From: an uncultured delta proteobacterium | GTDB lineage: Bacteria; Desulfobacterota; Binatia; Binatales; Binataceae | Assembly (NCBI GenBank): GCA_963711565.1 | Contig: CAVQEQ010000004.1 | Location: 608,001 to 672,000 of the forward strand | Direction of reading: 5' to 3' | Length of the DNA: 64,000 bases | The notes under the pieces: model-generated | What the model was told of the DNA's origin: nothing | Database searches by the model: none | The model's input: the letters and a program-made list of their open reading frames with translations, nothing else | Program-made: the position numbers and the translations under genes | Shown: positions 52,577-63,000 of the stretch, piece by piece | How positions within the stretch are numbered: position 1 is the first letter of the stretch | How the letters are laid out: every line of letters begins with the position of its first letter

Positions 52577-53407
52577 CTAGTCCTCGCGCTTCTCGCCGAG
52601 GCCGGGCGCCTCGATTCCGGTGCGGACGGCGAACGGCAAATGCTGCATCGTGTGGACTTGTTCTGTCAGGTTGACCACGAAACCGGCGACGGCGCCGAAC
52701 GCGATTTGGCAGACGATGAACTGTCGCCACTCGATTCGCGCGTCGAGCACGGGATTGATGACTCTGAGCGACGACCATAACAGCCCGGTCCACAGCAGCG
52801 GCGCGACGATCGCGGCCCACAAGGCGGGGTAGCGCGGAAACATCGGCAGCATCACGCCGTAGAGCAGTCCGACCAGAATTGAAGCTGAGGCGTGGATGAT
52901 GAGCGCGACGAGGAACGCTTGCGGGATAAACGACGAGAGCGTCGCAGTATCGGCGTTGGCGAGATTCGACATCGCGGTGGCCGCGAGAATGTTGATCGTG
53001 TACCAAATGCTGCCGTGATAAACGATTCCCTGAAGCGCAGCGAGTGCTCCCATCACGACGCCGCCCGCGATGCCGCCCTTGATTCCGGCCGAGTAAGGAT
53101 AGATTTGCAGCGGCAGCACGGCACGATTGCCGAGTTCGCCGACTTGCAGATAGTCGACGCCAATCTTCTCTTCGATGACGGCTGCGGGCTTAGGCTCTAG
53201 CCGCACCATCACGTGATGCTCGTAGGGAAGCACGTCGCGAAACCATCCAACAGCGCCCGCGACAAACAGAACGAAGCCGACCATGCTGACCGCTACATTG
53301 GTCACCAGACCGGCGAAGGCCAGCGTCAAGCCCAGCGCGAAGATCATCGGCCACGCAGTCGGCGCAGGAGCTTCGATTACATTCTCGGTGTTTTCCTGAA
53401 TAGCCAT
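52577..53407 (-). CDS. Membrane protein of the respiratory operon (subunit IV-like N-terminus)
   Basis: PAPTAWP plus several TM segments, lying between cox3 and the cytochrome c gene. Confidence 0.65.
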   Translation of the reverse strand: MAIQENTENVIEAPAPTAWPMIFALGLTLAFAGLVTNVAVSMVGFVLFVAGAVGWFRDVLPYEHHVMVRLEPKPAAVIEEKIGVDYLQVGELGNRAVLPLQIYPYSAGIKGGIAGGVVMGALAALQGIVYHGSIWYTINILAATAMSNLANADTATLSSFIPQAFLVALIIHASASILVGLLYGVMLPMFPRYPALWAAIVAPLLWTGLLWSSLRVINPVLDARIEWRQFIVCQIAFGAVAGFVVNLTEQVHTMQHLPFAVRTGIEAPGLGEKRED

Positions 53408-53415
53408 TTACGTGC

Positions 53416-54018
53416 TCACCTCCCGACCACGTACACAGTCAGGAAAACGACGACCCAAACCGCATCGACGAAATGCCAATACCACGAGAGCACCTCAACG
53501 CGTTCGACGTGGCGCTCGTTCATGTAGCCCGTCAGCGTGAACACCAGAACCAACAGGATGAGCGTCAACCCGACCGTCACATGGAGCGCATGCAGGCCGA
53601 CGAGTGAGTAATAGGTGGTGCCGAAGAGATTGGTGCGAATGGTCAAGCCGTCATGGTAAATGAGGTGATGCCATTCCATCGCCGTGCCGATCATGAACTC
53701 GAGACCGAGTGCGAAGGTGACGAACCACCAGATGGCGAACGCGCGAATCGAGCCGGCGCGAAGGGCGCGGACCGCAAGCACGATCGTGATGCTGCTCGAC
53801 AGGAGGCAAATCGTGTTCACCACCGGCACTGACAGCACGTCCCTGGGGAAAGGCCCGGTCAGGCTTTTGCCTATATAGAAGATGTAGGCGACTACGAAGA
53901 TCGAGAAGAAGGAGGTCTCGGTGAGGATCAGGGCGAGAATGCCGACGTGACCGCGTCGCGGAAGGGTGTCGCTCCACGGGGTCGTAGTCGCTGAAATTGT
54001 GGTGGGTGCGGCGGCCAT
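53416..54018 (-). CDS. ctaE: Cytochrome c oxidase subunit III
   Basis: NT..LLSSS, GLH..HV..G, YWHFVD.VW. Confidence 0.93.
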   Translation of the reverse strand: MAAAPTTISATTTPWSDTLPRRGHVGILALILTETSFFSIFVVAYIFYIGKSLTGPFPRDVLSVPVVNTICLLSSSITIVLAVRALRAGSIRAFAIWWFVTFALGLEFMIGTAMEWHHLIYHDGLTIRTNLFGTTYYSLVGLHALHVTVGLTLILLVLVFTLTGYMNERHVERVEVLSWYWHFVDAVWVVVFLTVYVVGR

Positions 54019-55709
54019 TATTCGTACTTCCAGTCGGGATCTTCAGGATGTTTCAGGTCCCACAGCGGGCGGCGGCTGCGCACTACTGGTGACTCGGCGA
54101 AGTTGTACTCCGGCGGTGGTGATGATGTGGACCATTCCAGCGTCCACGCATCCCAGGGGTCGTCGCCGGCCGGTTCGCCGGAGCGGAGCGAGCGGACGAC
54201 ATTGATAACAAATATGAGCACCGCGATACCCTGTACCAGCGCTCCGACGGACTCGACGAAATTTAATGTGTCGAGTCCCCGCCCTGGCTGGTAGGTGTAG
54301 ATGCGCCGCGGCATCCCGCGGAATCCGGCAAAGTGCATAGTGTCGAACGTCATGTGGAAACCAATCAGGAATAGCCAGAAATGCCACTTGCCAAGCGTCT
54401 CACTGAGCATTCGGCCGGTAGCCTTCGGGAACCAATAGTATATTGCGGCGAATATCATGAAGACGATCGCGCCGACTAGTACGTAGTGAAAGTGAGCTAC
54501 AACGAAGTAGGTATCGGTGACTTGCCAGTCGAAGGGCGCGACGGCGAGCATGATACCGGTCAGGCCCGCGACGAGAAACTGGAACAGGAACGCTATGCTG
54601 AACAGCATCGGAACCTTGAATCGCAACTTTCCTCCCCACATCGTTCCGAGCCAGTTGAAAATCTTGATGCCGGTGGGAACGCCGACGAGCATGCTCGCGG
54701 CCGCGAAAAAGGAATTACCAGCGGGTGTCATGCCGACCGAAAACATGTGATGCGCCCACACGCTCATGCTGATGAACGCGATCGCGCACGACGCCGCTAC
54801 CATCACGCTGTAACCGAAAATCACCTTGCGCGAGAAGACTGGAATGATCTCCGAGGCGAAGGCGAAGGCTGGAATTACGAGGATGTAAACCTCGGGATGG
54901 CCGAAGATCCAGAAGAAGTGCTGCCAGAGTATGGCGGAGCCGCCGGCTTGAGTGTCGAAGAAGTGCGCGCCAAGGAAACGATCGAGCAGCAGCATGGCCT
55001 GCGCCGCCGAGAGCGGCGGCAACGCGACCAGAATCATGAACGAGACGACGATCGCCAGCCATACCAGCACCGGCATCTTGTTGAGCGTCATGCCTTCGCA
55101 GCGCATGCAGAACGCGCTGGTTATTATATTGACGGCAGTCGCAGTCGAACCGACACTAGTCAGTAGAATACTCAGTATCCAATAGTCAGTACTGTTGCCG
55201 CGCGAGAACGGCAGCTCCGTCAGGGGAGCGTATGCGAACCAGCCGACGTCGGGAGCGCTGCCCGCGCCGTAGAGGCCGTCGCCGCCGATGTAGCTGAAGT
55301 AGAGGAGCAAGGCGCCGAAGAACCATAGCCAGAAGCCGAAGGCGTTGAGCCGCGGGAACGCGAGGTCGCGCGCGCCAATCATCAACGGCACCAGGTAGTT
55401 GAAGAAGCCGGTGAGGATCGGCATCCCGACCAGAAAAACCATCGCGGTGCCGTGCATCGTGAGCAGGCGGTTGAACACCTGCGGCGGCACGATGTTGGCG
55501 TCGGGCACGGCGAGCTGAAGGCGAATCGTCATCGCTTGCAGGCCCGCGATCACGAAAAAGAAGAGGCCGCCGGCGATGTACATGATGCCGAGCCGCTTGT
55601 GATCGACAGTGACGACCCATTCGTGCAGCTTGCCGAGGACGGGCAGCGCTTGCGCGTCGTCGATGGCGCCGAGTGCGATTTGCTGGTCGATACTTCCCGC
55701 CATGCTCAT
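54018..55709 (-). CDS. ctaD: Cytochrome c oxidase subunit I, A1 type
   Basis: DHKRLG, FPRLN, GHPEVY, WAHHMF, PTGIK, VAHFHY. Confidence 0.96.
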   Translation of the reverse strand: MSMAGSIDQQIALGAIDDAQALPVLGKLHEWVVTVDHKRLGIMYIAGGLFFFVIAGLQAMTIRLQLAVPDANIVPPQVFNRLLTMHGTAMVFLVGMPILTGFFNYLVPLMIGARDLAFPRLNAFGFWLWFFGALLLYFSYIGGDGLYGAGSAPDVGWFAYAPLTELPFSRGNSTDYWILSILLTSVGSTATAVNIITSAFCMRCEGMTLNKMPVLVWLAIVVSFMILVALPPLSAAQAMLLLDRFLGAHFFDTQAGGSAILWQHFFWIFGHPEVYILVIPAFAFASEIIPVFSRKVIFGYSVMVAASCAIAFISMSVWAHHMFSVGMTPAGNSFFAAASMLVGVPTGIKIFNWLGTMWGGKLRFKVPMLFSIAFLFQFLVAGLTGIMLAVAPFDWQVTDTYFVVAHFHYVLVGAIVFMIFAAIYYWFPKATGRMLSETLGKWHFWLFLIGFHMTFDTMHFAGFRGMPRRIYTYQPGRGLDTLNFVESVGALVQGIAVLIFVINVVRSLRSGEPAGDDPWDAWTLEWSTSSPPPEYNFAESPVVRSRRPLWDLKHPEDPDWKYE

Positions 55710-55718
55710 CTCTCCCGG

Positions 55719-56774
55719 TCAGTGCAGCGTAGCCAGGTACGCGACGAGATCGTCGAGGTCTTTATCGCCGAGATTCATCGCCGGCATATGCGCGCCGGGC
55801 TTCATGACGTTCGGATCGGTCACCCAAACTTTGAGGTGACCGGGAGTGTTCATCGCGGCGCCCGCGCCGATCGTCTCGCGGGTCATCAGATGCGTGAGAT
55901 CGGGACCGAAACGCCCATCCGCCGCGGTGCCTTGAATCGAGTGGCAATTGACACATGCGGTGGATTCGAAGACCTGGCGGCCGTGCTCGACGGATGCGTC
56001 GAGCGCGGGCGGCTGCTTCTGCGCTGCAACCCAACGATCGAAGTCGGGACGCGGCTCGACGATCACGCGCAGTATCATCAAGGCGTGCTCGGTGCCGCAG
56101 TACTCGCCGCATTGGCCGAGGTAGGTTCCGGCGACCTGCGGATCGATCCACATCGTATTTTTGCGATTGGGGATGACGTCAGTCTTGCCGGCCAGGCGGG
56201 GCACCCAGAAACTGTGCGCGACGTCGGCGGACTCGAGATCGAGGAATGTCGGCGTCGGATTTTTGGGATCGCTCAGCGGGACGTGCAGCTCGTTCGCCGT
56301 CACCACGCCCAGGTCGGGGTAGTGAAACTCCCACCACCACTGATGCGCTATCACGCGGACGTTGATCGCGTTCGGCGGCCGCGGCGCTGCCTGCACCGTA
56401 TATATGGTACGGGCGGTGGTAAGCATGAGCACCAATACAATAAGGACGGGGACCGTCGTCCATGCGAACTCGATCGGATTGCTGCCGTACACCTGCGGCG
56501 GCTCGCGGCCGTCGTCGTTGGGTCGGGCGCGAAAGCGCACGATGCTGTAGGTCAGCAGCCCGCCGACAATCAGAAAAATTACCGCGCTGATCCAAATGAC
56601 GAAGAACGCGACCGTGTTGATTTCGTGAGCCGGCGTCGAAACCGCATCGAAAATGCCGCTGGGGGGAATCTTCGAGTTCGATGCACCCATCCCCCAGTCG
56701 TTCGCGAGTGCGGAAACCGGGGCGCAGCCGATCACGGCAATAATCAAGCACCAGCGCTGCAGACGTGAGGCCAA
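55719..56774 (-). CDS. ctaC: Cytochrome c oxidase subunit II with fused cytochrome c (caa3)
   Basis: QWWW, DVAHSFW, CGEYCGTEHALM, CVNCH. Confidence 0.93.
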   Translation of the reverse strand: MASRLQRWCLIIAVIGCAPVSALANDWGMGASNSKIPPSGIFDAVSTPAHEINTVAFFVIWISAVIFLIVGGLLTYSIVRFRARPNDDGREPPQVYGSNPIEFAWTTVPVLIVLVLMLTTARTIYTVQAAPRPPNAINVRVIAHQWWWEFHYPDLGVVTANELHVPLSDPKNPTPTFLDLESADVAHSFWVPRLAGKTDVIPNRKNTMWIDPQVAGTYLGQCGEYCGTEHALMILRVIVEPRPDFDRWVAAQKQPPALDASVEHGRQVFESTACVNCHSIQGTAADGRFGPDLTHLMTRETIGAGAAMNTPGHLKVWVTDPNVMKPGAHMPAMNLGDKDLDDLVAYLATLH

Positions 56775-56913
56775 GATTTTCGCAGCTCCTGAGACCGCGG
56801 CCGCCTACGAAAGATAAGGTTGCGCGTCTCAGTCAGCTGGAATGAGTAGCACAAAACATTTTTTATAACTAAGCGGTACGGGTACGGCGGGGAACCTCGA
56901 CCTGGCCGGAGCT

Positions 56914-57849
56914 TTAGTTCGTGTTGGCGGCGACGATCCGGGGATCCACGCGCGGCAGGATCATTACCTCGGACATTTTGGTCTCGGGGTCGAGCCTGAT
57001 GAAGTAGGCTGGGAAGCCGGTTTCCGCAACAGCGACGTTGGTGCGCGCGTCGCAGCCGCATCGCGCGGCCATGCCGTCGTTAATCGTGGCGAGCCGGTCG
57101 AGACTGAGCGCGGCGAGCCGCATGTTGGCGTCGTCGACGGAAAGATCCACGGTCGAATCGCTCACCTCGACGCTGGACGCCAGCGCGGTTCCGGAGACGG
57201 TCGCGGTTTTTGCGACCCACCCGGTAAATTGGCTCTGGTCCATCTTCGCGACGTTCGGATAGTTCTTGCGCGCCTCGGCGATCGCGCCTCCGAGTGAGTG
57301 TTTTCTTGCGCTGGAATCGGCGAACACCTGCGCGTCCGCCAGCGTCCAGATTTGCTTCGACCATCGCGCAATCGTCGCGGGGTCGCCGCCGGTGAGACTC
57401 TGATAGTCGGTCGCTGCCAGCTCGGCGTCGGCCAGATCATGCGCGGTCAGGGCGGCATCTACCTCCTGCGAGTCTCGACTGCGCTCGGCCTCGTCGATTT
57501 GCGCGATAATCGAGCTGCTCCGGCTGCCGGGCTCTTTCGCCGCGTCGAGGCATGCGCCGCGCTGCTCGGCGAGCGTGTACGTCGGCCGCCCAATCTTGAA
57601 GTCGCACAGGCATAGATCGTCCTTCACCTCGCGGCGCTCGTCTGCACTCAAGTCGGTGCGGGCCGCAAGCGCGACCAGTTCTTGGCGAGCCGCCGGATAA
57701 TTGGCGCCGGCAATTTGGCTGCGCGCCGTGGTGAGCGCCGACGGTGCGCATGCCGACAGAGCGGACGCGATCGCAATCGCGGCCACGACTTGGCCTGCAA
57801 CTCGCAGTAAAGCGTGCGGCAGCATCGGGGTGAAGCGTTGGTCAGACAT
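56914..57849 (-). CDS. Hypothetical lipoprotein
   Basis: Hydrophobic stretch with LSAC lipobox; start uncertain. Confidence 0.55.
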   Translation of the reverse strand: MSDQRFTPMLPHALLRVAGQVVAAIAIASALSACAPSALTTARSQIAGANYPAARQELVALAARTDLSADERREVKDDLCLCDFKIGRPTYTLAEQRGACLDAAKEPGSRSSSIIAQIDEAERSRDSQEVDAALTAHDLADAELAATDYQSLTGGDPATIARWSKQIWTLADAQVFADSSARKHSLGGAIAEARKNYPNVAKMDQSQFTGWVAKTATVSGTALASSVEVSDSTVDLSVDDANMRLAALSLDRLATINDGMAARCGCDARTNVAVAETGFPAYFIRLDPETKMSEVMILPRVDPRIVAANTN

Positions 57850-58020
57850 AAGTCGATTATGGCAAAGGCGGCAGCCGATTGACCACCCATCGAGATGAGA
57901 AATGGAGGGTCGCGTCTGCGGTTGAGTCATTCGATGTAACGCGATGCGACACGGGCGGCACACCTTGGCGGGTGCGATCTTCTTTGAACGGCTACGCCGA
58001 CTTCTTCTCCAGTCCAGGGC

Positions 58021-58036
58021 TGGCATGAGTGGTGCA
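58021..58036 (+). promoter_or_regulatory. Sigma54 (-24/-12) promoter of the flp pilins
   Basis: TGGCATGAGTGGTGCA (GG-N10-GC), 60 bp before the pilin ATG; TGT-N11-ACA at 57935-57951 upstream. Confidence 0.65.
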
Positions 58037-58096
58037 CTTAACCTCACTGAAGCGAATCGATTGCGCTGACTCAACGCGCAAAGGAGGACATCAATT

Positions 58097-58276
58097 ATGA
58101 ACTACATCAACAAACTCATGGTTCGGGTTCGCGAGAGCAAGACCGGACAGACGATGACTGAGTACGTGCTGATTATCGCGGCGATCGCGGTGGCTGGGTA
58201 CATCGCGTACCAGGGCCTCGAAGGCGGAATCAACACGATCATCTCCAACGTGACCGCAACCCTGAAGGCTGCGTAA
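58097..58276 (+). CDS. flp: Flp (type IVb) pilin 1, 59 aa, absent from the ORF track
   Basis: AAGGAGG RBS; MNYINKLMVRVRESKTG|QTMTEYVLIIAAIAVAG.. with the G|xxxxEY motif. Confidence 0.92.
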   Translation: MNYINKLMVRVRESKTGQTMTEYVLIIAAIAVAGYIAYQGLEGGINTIISNVTATLKAA

Positions 58277-58338
58277 TCCAATGGTTTTTCGCAACCGAGT
58301 CGAATGCGCTGCCGCAGACGACGAGTAGGGAACCGACA

Positions 58339-58518
58339 ATGAAGTATTTCAGCCAATTCGTAGGCCGGCTCGGCAAAAGCCAACGCGGGCAGACGATGAC
58401 CGAGTACGTGCTGATTATCGCGGCGATCGCGGTCGCGGGCTACATCGCGTACCAGGGTCTCGAAGGCGGGATCAACTCGATCATCGCCAATGTGACCGCG
58501 ACTCTGTCGGCTGCTTGA
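58339..58518 (+). CDS. flp: Flp pilin 2, 59 aa, absent from the ORF track
   Basis: MKYFSQFVGRLGKSQRG|QTMTEYVLIIAAIAVAG.. Confidence 0.9.
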   Translation: MKYFSQFVGRLGKSQRGQTMTEYVLIIAAIAVAGYIAYQGLEGGINSIIANVTATLSAA

Positions 58519-58682
58519 GAGCAGCCCAACCCCGGCGCCGTCGCAGCCGGGCGCGCGGGAATGGCGGCGGGGTCCGAATGCCCCGCCGCGCAAATGTCTA
58601 GATCGAGGCGGCAGTGCGATCGATTGAATCTTGCGCGTGGGGGCCAGTCGGGATCGGCGGGTCGCGCAAGCAGGGGGCATAG

Positions 58683-59822
58683 ATGAAGCGACCGATAGTA
58701 TTCGTGATCCTTGCGGCAATGGGCGCGATGCTGGCTGCGATCGTGGTCTTCTCCGCACTCAAAAAACGCGAGTCCGAAGTGCAGCTTGCGATGGCCCACT
58801 CGGTCGAAGTCGTGGTTGCCGCCAACGATATATCGGTGGGCATCAAGCTCGAGCCTGACGCCGTCAAGCTCGTTCGATGGTCGCGCGACAGCGTCCCCGA
58901 GGGCGCGTTCACGGATCCGCAGGCGGTTGCCGGTTCGTTCGCGAAGAGCGACTTCGTCGCCAACGAGCCAATCGTTGCCAGCAAGCTCTTCATGGGCGAG
59001 ATGACCTCCGGCGTGATGCCCCTGCTGATTCCGGCTGGGATGCGTGCGATGTCGGTGCCGGTGGACGAAGTCTCGGACATCGCAGGCTTTGTCGCCCCGC
59101 ACACTCATGTCGATATCCTGGTCGCGGTCGCGGGCACCGGGCCGGGCGAGCCGTCGTTCTCGCGAATCGTTCTACAGAACATCGAAGTTCTCGCAGTCGC
59201 CCAGGAAATTGAACACGTCAAGGACCAGCCGGAAGTGGTGAAAGTCGTCACCCTGCTGGTGACTCCGCCCGACGCTGAAAAACTCACCTTGGCAAGCCGC
59301 GAGGGCTTGCTGCGTCTGGCGATGCGCAATTACAGCGACAGCAAAATCGTCGCGACCCGGGGCATCGGATTGCCCGACCTGCTGCATGAAGGCGGCGGCA
59401 CAATCGGCGGAACCTTGGCCGTGATGCAAATCCAGCCAGCGCCGGCCCTGAGCGCGAGCGCGCGGCCCGCTCATGGTCCCACGGCTTTTCGAATCGAAGT
59501 AATGCGCGATGGCAAGTCGTCCGAGGCGATGTCCTTCGTCCACTCCGGCCTGGGCGCACGTTCTTCGTTTCAAGCGCATGAGGACGCGCCCGCCGTATCG
59601 GAGCCGCCGCCGCCAGCGGCCCCGCCAGAGCAGGACGCGCCGGAATCTCCAGTCTCGTCGGCCAGGCCGGTCTGGTCCGCGAGCTTCACCGAACCGCCGC
59701 AGGCTGCCTTCGCGGCCGTTCGAAGCGACGCAATCAACGACCATGCGGCGATTAATTCCGCGCCGCTCAGACCGGGGGATCCGGGGTACGAACCAGCGCC
59801 AAAGACGTATCAGGTTCCGTGA
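58683..59822 (+). CDS. cpaB: Flp pilus assembly protein CpaB/RcpC
   Basis: SAF domain VVVAANDI, GMRAMSV.V, VDIL, LQNIEVLA, VTLLVTP. Confidence 0.9.
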   Translation: MKRPIVFVILAAMGAMLAAIVVFSALKKRESEVQLAMAHSVEVVVAANDISVGIKLEPDAVKLVRWSRDSVPEGAFTDPQAVAGSFAKSDFVANEPIVASKLFMGEMTSGVMPLLIPAGMRAMSVPVDEVSDIAGFVAPHTHVDILVAVAGTGPGEPSFSRIVLQNIEVLAVAQEIEHVKDQPEVVKVVTLLVTPPDAEKLTLASREGLLRLAMRNYSDSKIVATRGIGLPDLLHEGGGTIGGTLAVMQIQPAPALSASARPAHGPTAFRIEVMRDGKSSEAMSFVHSGLGARSSFQAHEDAPAVSEPPPPAAPPEQDAPESPVSSARPVWSASFTEPPQAAFAAVRSDAINDHAAINSAPLRPGDPGYEPAPKTYQVP

Positions 59823-59851
59823 TCGCAGGCGGCTACCAGGGGGGATAGGCC

Positions 59852-61720
59852 ATGAGGAGATGCAAAAACACTTACGTAAACGTTCGGTCGGCAGAGCTAA
59901 TCTGTCGGTTACTCGCGTCCGCCGGATTGCTGCTGGTCGTCAGCGCGGCAACCGCACGGGCCCAGGTAAAAGACTCAAACGATTGGGTGCCGGTTTCGAT
60001 GAACGCCGGCGAAACCTACGTGATCAATGACGTTAAGCCGGGCACCAAACCGTCGTTCCACGTCGAGCAGAACCCGAACGCCTTCGTCAGCTATGATTCG
60101 CCGCCGGGCAAGCTCACGATGCTCAGTGCCGGCGCCGGCCGCTGGATAGTTACCGTTACCAACGCCTCGGATCGCCAGGTCAGCTACAACGTCAATGCCT
60201 TCGCGGTCGCGAAACCTGATGCGCCGCTGACGCCGGGAAAAGCGCCGCCGGCGCTTACCGATGACCGGCTCGCGGACCCGCCGGGAGCGGGCGCTTCAAC
60301 GTCGGCAGCATCTGCGATACCGCAATTGGCGACCATATCGTCGTACGATTCCTCTTCGGCTGCGCCTTCGTCGTACGGTGCGACCCTCCCAGCCAAAACG
60401 TCAACGTCCTATGACGCCTCGTGGAGCGTACCGTCCGAGCCGGGCAAGCGCGCGGAGGCCTACGTGCCAAGTCAATCAGTAGGACCGCTCGAGTCGCACT
60501 CCGGTCAATATCGAAATGATCCGCCGGCGCAGGATTCGGGCTCGGGCTACTCAAGCGACACTGTCTCCGGTGGCAAGCACTATCTGCCGGCCGACGCCAT
60601 CTCACTGATGATGGGCACCTCGGAAGTAATCGACTTTCAGCGCCGCGTCACGCGAATCTCGGTCGCCGACTCGAAGATTGCCGACGTGCAGGTGATCGAT
60701 CCGTTCCAGCTTAACCTGGTCGCGCATCAGCCCGGCTTTACGACGCTGGCAGTTTGGGACGCGAGCGGACAGTACGAAGAACGGATGGTGCGAATCGACG
60801 CGAGCGGCAAACAGCAAGTGATGCTGAATACAATCGTGGCCGAGCTCGACCGCCAGAAGCTCGAAAATCAGGGAATAAATCTCTCGGTCGCGTTCTCCAA
60901 GATGGGCCTGTCGATAGTGGGTTTGCCGGGCACAGTCGCGACCCCATACAACGCGAGCAGCACTCTTCAGAGCTCGGCCTCCGCAGGATCTCTTTCGGGA
61001 ACTACCTCGCCGAACGGAGTCATTCCGGCCGGCGGCCAGATAATCCCGCTGTTGTTGTCATCGACCATGACCTACGGCCTGGCCGCGCAGAATGCCGACG
61101 TGATGTGGCAGGCGTTCTTCCAGTTTCTCGAAAATCACAGCCTCGGCAAAATTCTCGCCGAGCCGCATCTGCTGGCGAACTCCGGCGAGAAGGCCAAGTT
61201 TCTATCCGGCGGCGAAATCCCGATTGTAATCGCGCAGGCGCTCAACTCGACGATCGTTTTCAAAACCTACGGCACCTCGGTCGAGTTCATTCCGACCGTC
61301 GTCGGCCGCGACGATATCGAACTGCTGGTCAAGCCCGAAGTCTCGCAGCCCGACTACGCTCAAGGTGTTAGCCTGTTCGGCTTCACCGTACCGGCCTTCG
61401 TAACTCGGCGCGCGGAGACAATGGTGCGCCTGAAGGACCGTCAAACGCTGATCGTCGCCGGCCTTATCCTCCATCAAAGGACCTCGCAGGTGCAGAAGGT
61501 ACCCTACCTCGGCGATATCCCGTGGGTACAAGGCCTTTTCCGCACCACATCTTATTCAGACCAGGAGAGCGACCTCGTGATGAGCGTGACGCCCGAGATA
61601 ATCCGGCCGCTGCCCCAGGGCGGGCAGGTCTTCCTGCCGACGAATCGCGGCCCACTGTCGGCCGCGGAAATCAAAACTGAACCCCTCGAGCCGCCGGACG
61701 TGTCCCGTCCGCGCTTCTAG
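59852..61720 (+). CDS. cpaC: Flp pilus secretin CpaC/RcpA
   Basis: QVML..AE, LAEP.L...SGE.A.FL.GGE.P, KVPYLGDIP..LFR, VTPEI. Confidence 0.88.
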   Translation: MRRCKNTYVNVRSAELICRLLASAGLLLVVSAATARAQVKDSNDWVPVSMNAGETYVINDVKPGTKPSFHVEQNPNAFVSYDSPPGKLTMLSAGAGRWIVTVTNASDRQVSYNVNAFAVAKPDAPLTPGKAPPALTDDRLADPPGAGASTSAASAIPQLATISSYDSSSAAPSSYGATLPAKTSTSYDASWSVPSEPGKRAEAYVPSQSVGPLESHSGQYRNDPPAQDSGSGYSSDTVSGGKHYLPADAISLMMGTSEVIDFQRRVTRISVADSKIADVQVIDPFQLNLVAHQPGFTTLAVWDASGQYEERMVRIDASGKQQVMLNTIVAELDRQKLENQGINLSVAFSKMGLSIVGLPGTVATPYNASSTLQSSASAGSLSGTTSPNGVIPAGGQIIPLLLSSTMTYGLAAQNADVMWQAFFQFLENHSLGKILAEPHLLANSGEKAKFLSGGEIPIVIAQALNSTIVFKTYGTSVEFIPTVVGRDDIELLVKPEVSQPDYAQGVSLFGFTVPAFVTRRAETMVRLKDRQTLIVAGLILHQRTSQVQKVPYLGDIPWVQGLFRTTSYSDQESDLVMSVTPEIIRPLPQGGQVFLPTNRGPLSAAEIKTEPLEPPDVSRPRF

Positions 61721-61784
61721 AACCAGGAGTCCGGAGAGAGATCGAGTGCCATTCAACGGTTCAAAGGGTGAAAGTAGCCGCAGC

Positions 61785-62966
61785 ATGATGAAGGTCATGC
61801 TGGTCGGCGATCCCGGCGATCAGCGGAGCCAGCTCAAGACGGTTCTCGCGGCATTAGCTGAGCCTCAACTCGAGATCGTCGAGGGTGAGGCTGCCACCGC
61901 CGCCAATCTCTCTGAGAATGTCTCCGCGCCGCCGGACGCGACCCTGGTAATGGTTAACGGCAATGAAGAGGCGGCCTTGGTCTTTCTCCAGCGCCAGTCG
62001 CTCCATTCGCCGCGCCCAACTTTGCTCGCCCTGCTCAGCGCGCGCTCAGCCGGTCTGATGAAGCGCGCGCTGCGTGCGGGCGCCGACGAAATTCTGTTCA
62101 TGCCGCTCGATCCGGGAGAGGCCACTCGCGCCTTGCTGAAAGTAAGCGAAGCGCGCTGGCGCACCGAGCGACGCGAAGGTGGCGTCGTCATTTCGGTCGC
62201 CAGCCTGGTCGGCGGCGTCGGTGTCACCTCGATGGCCGCCAACCTCGCTTTGGCGCTCGAGTCGTTGCATCAGCACGTGGCGTTGGTCGACCTGGATCTT
62301 CAGACCGGAGGGCTGGCCGTCTTTCTGAACCTCGATCCGGAAGTGACCATCATGCCGCTGGTGCGCCTCGAGCAAAAGCTCGATTCGATCCAGCTCGAAT
62401 CCGCCTTGACCAAGCATCCATCGGGTGTCTGCTTGCTGGCTGCGCCCAAGCGAATCGAAGAAGGCGAGTTGGTCTCGGACATCACGGTCGGCACAGTGCT
62501 CGACCTCATTCGCCAGTTGTTCGATTACGTGATCGTCGATTGCGGCGACCATGTGGATGAAAACGGGGTTGCCGCGTGGGAGCGCTCCGAACATCTTTTT
62601 TACGTACTCAATCAGTCGATTGCGGCGGCGCGATCTGCATGGCGGTTCATCGATCTGTTCGAGCGCCTTGGTCTGACCAGGCTCGAGCCGCACTTCATTC
62701 TCGATCGCTACAATCCCTCGCATCCCCTGACCGAGAAGGCCATCGAAGCAACTCTCGCCAAGTCCATCTACGCCAGGATTCCGGCCGACGACCGGACCTT
62801 TGAAACCATTGAGTTGAAGGCGCAGGACCTTTTCCAGGTGGCCCCGCATTCCCCGGTTGCGCGCGCGATGCTGGATCTGGCGGCGCTCGTAATGCCGCGA
62901 GTTGAGCCGCTTGCACTCCAGGAGACGTTTATGTCGCGGCTCAAATCCGCGTTCGGCACGCATTGA
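61785..62966 (+). CDS. cpaE: Pilus assembly protein CpaE/TadZ
   Basis: Receiver-like N-terminus (ALRAGADE), GGVGVTS..ANLA, VDLDLQ.G, FDYVIVD; start uncertain (GTG 61746 alternative). Confidence 0.85.
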   Translation: MMKVMLVGDPGDQRSQLKTVLAALAEPQLEIVEGEAATAANLSENVSAPPDATLVMVNGNEEAALVFLQRQSLHSPRPTLLALLSARSAGLMKRALRAGADEILFMPLDPGEATRALLKVSEARWRTERREGGVVISVASLVGGVGVTSMAANLALALESLHQHVALVDLDLQTGGLAVFLNLDPEVTIMPLVRLEQKLDSIQLESALTKHPSGVCLLAAPKRIEEGELVSDITVGTVLDLIRQLFDYVIVDCGDHVDENGVAAWERSEHLFYVLNQSIAAARSAWRFIDLFERLGLTRLEPHFILDRYNPSHPLTEKAIEATLAKSIYARIPADDRTFETIELKAQDLFQVAPHSPVARAMLDLAALVMPRVEPLALQETFMSRLKSAFGTH

Positions 62967-63000
62967 AGCCCACGCTTTTGAAGTTGATGAGGTATCCAGA

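Noticed and set aside
58091-59108. Minus-strand ORFs over the pilin region
   Set aside because: Shadows of the two plus-strand flp genes and cpaB.
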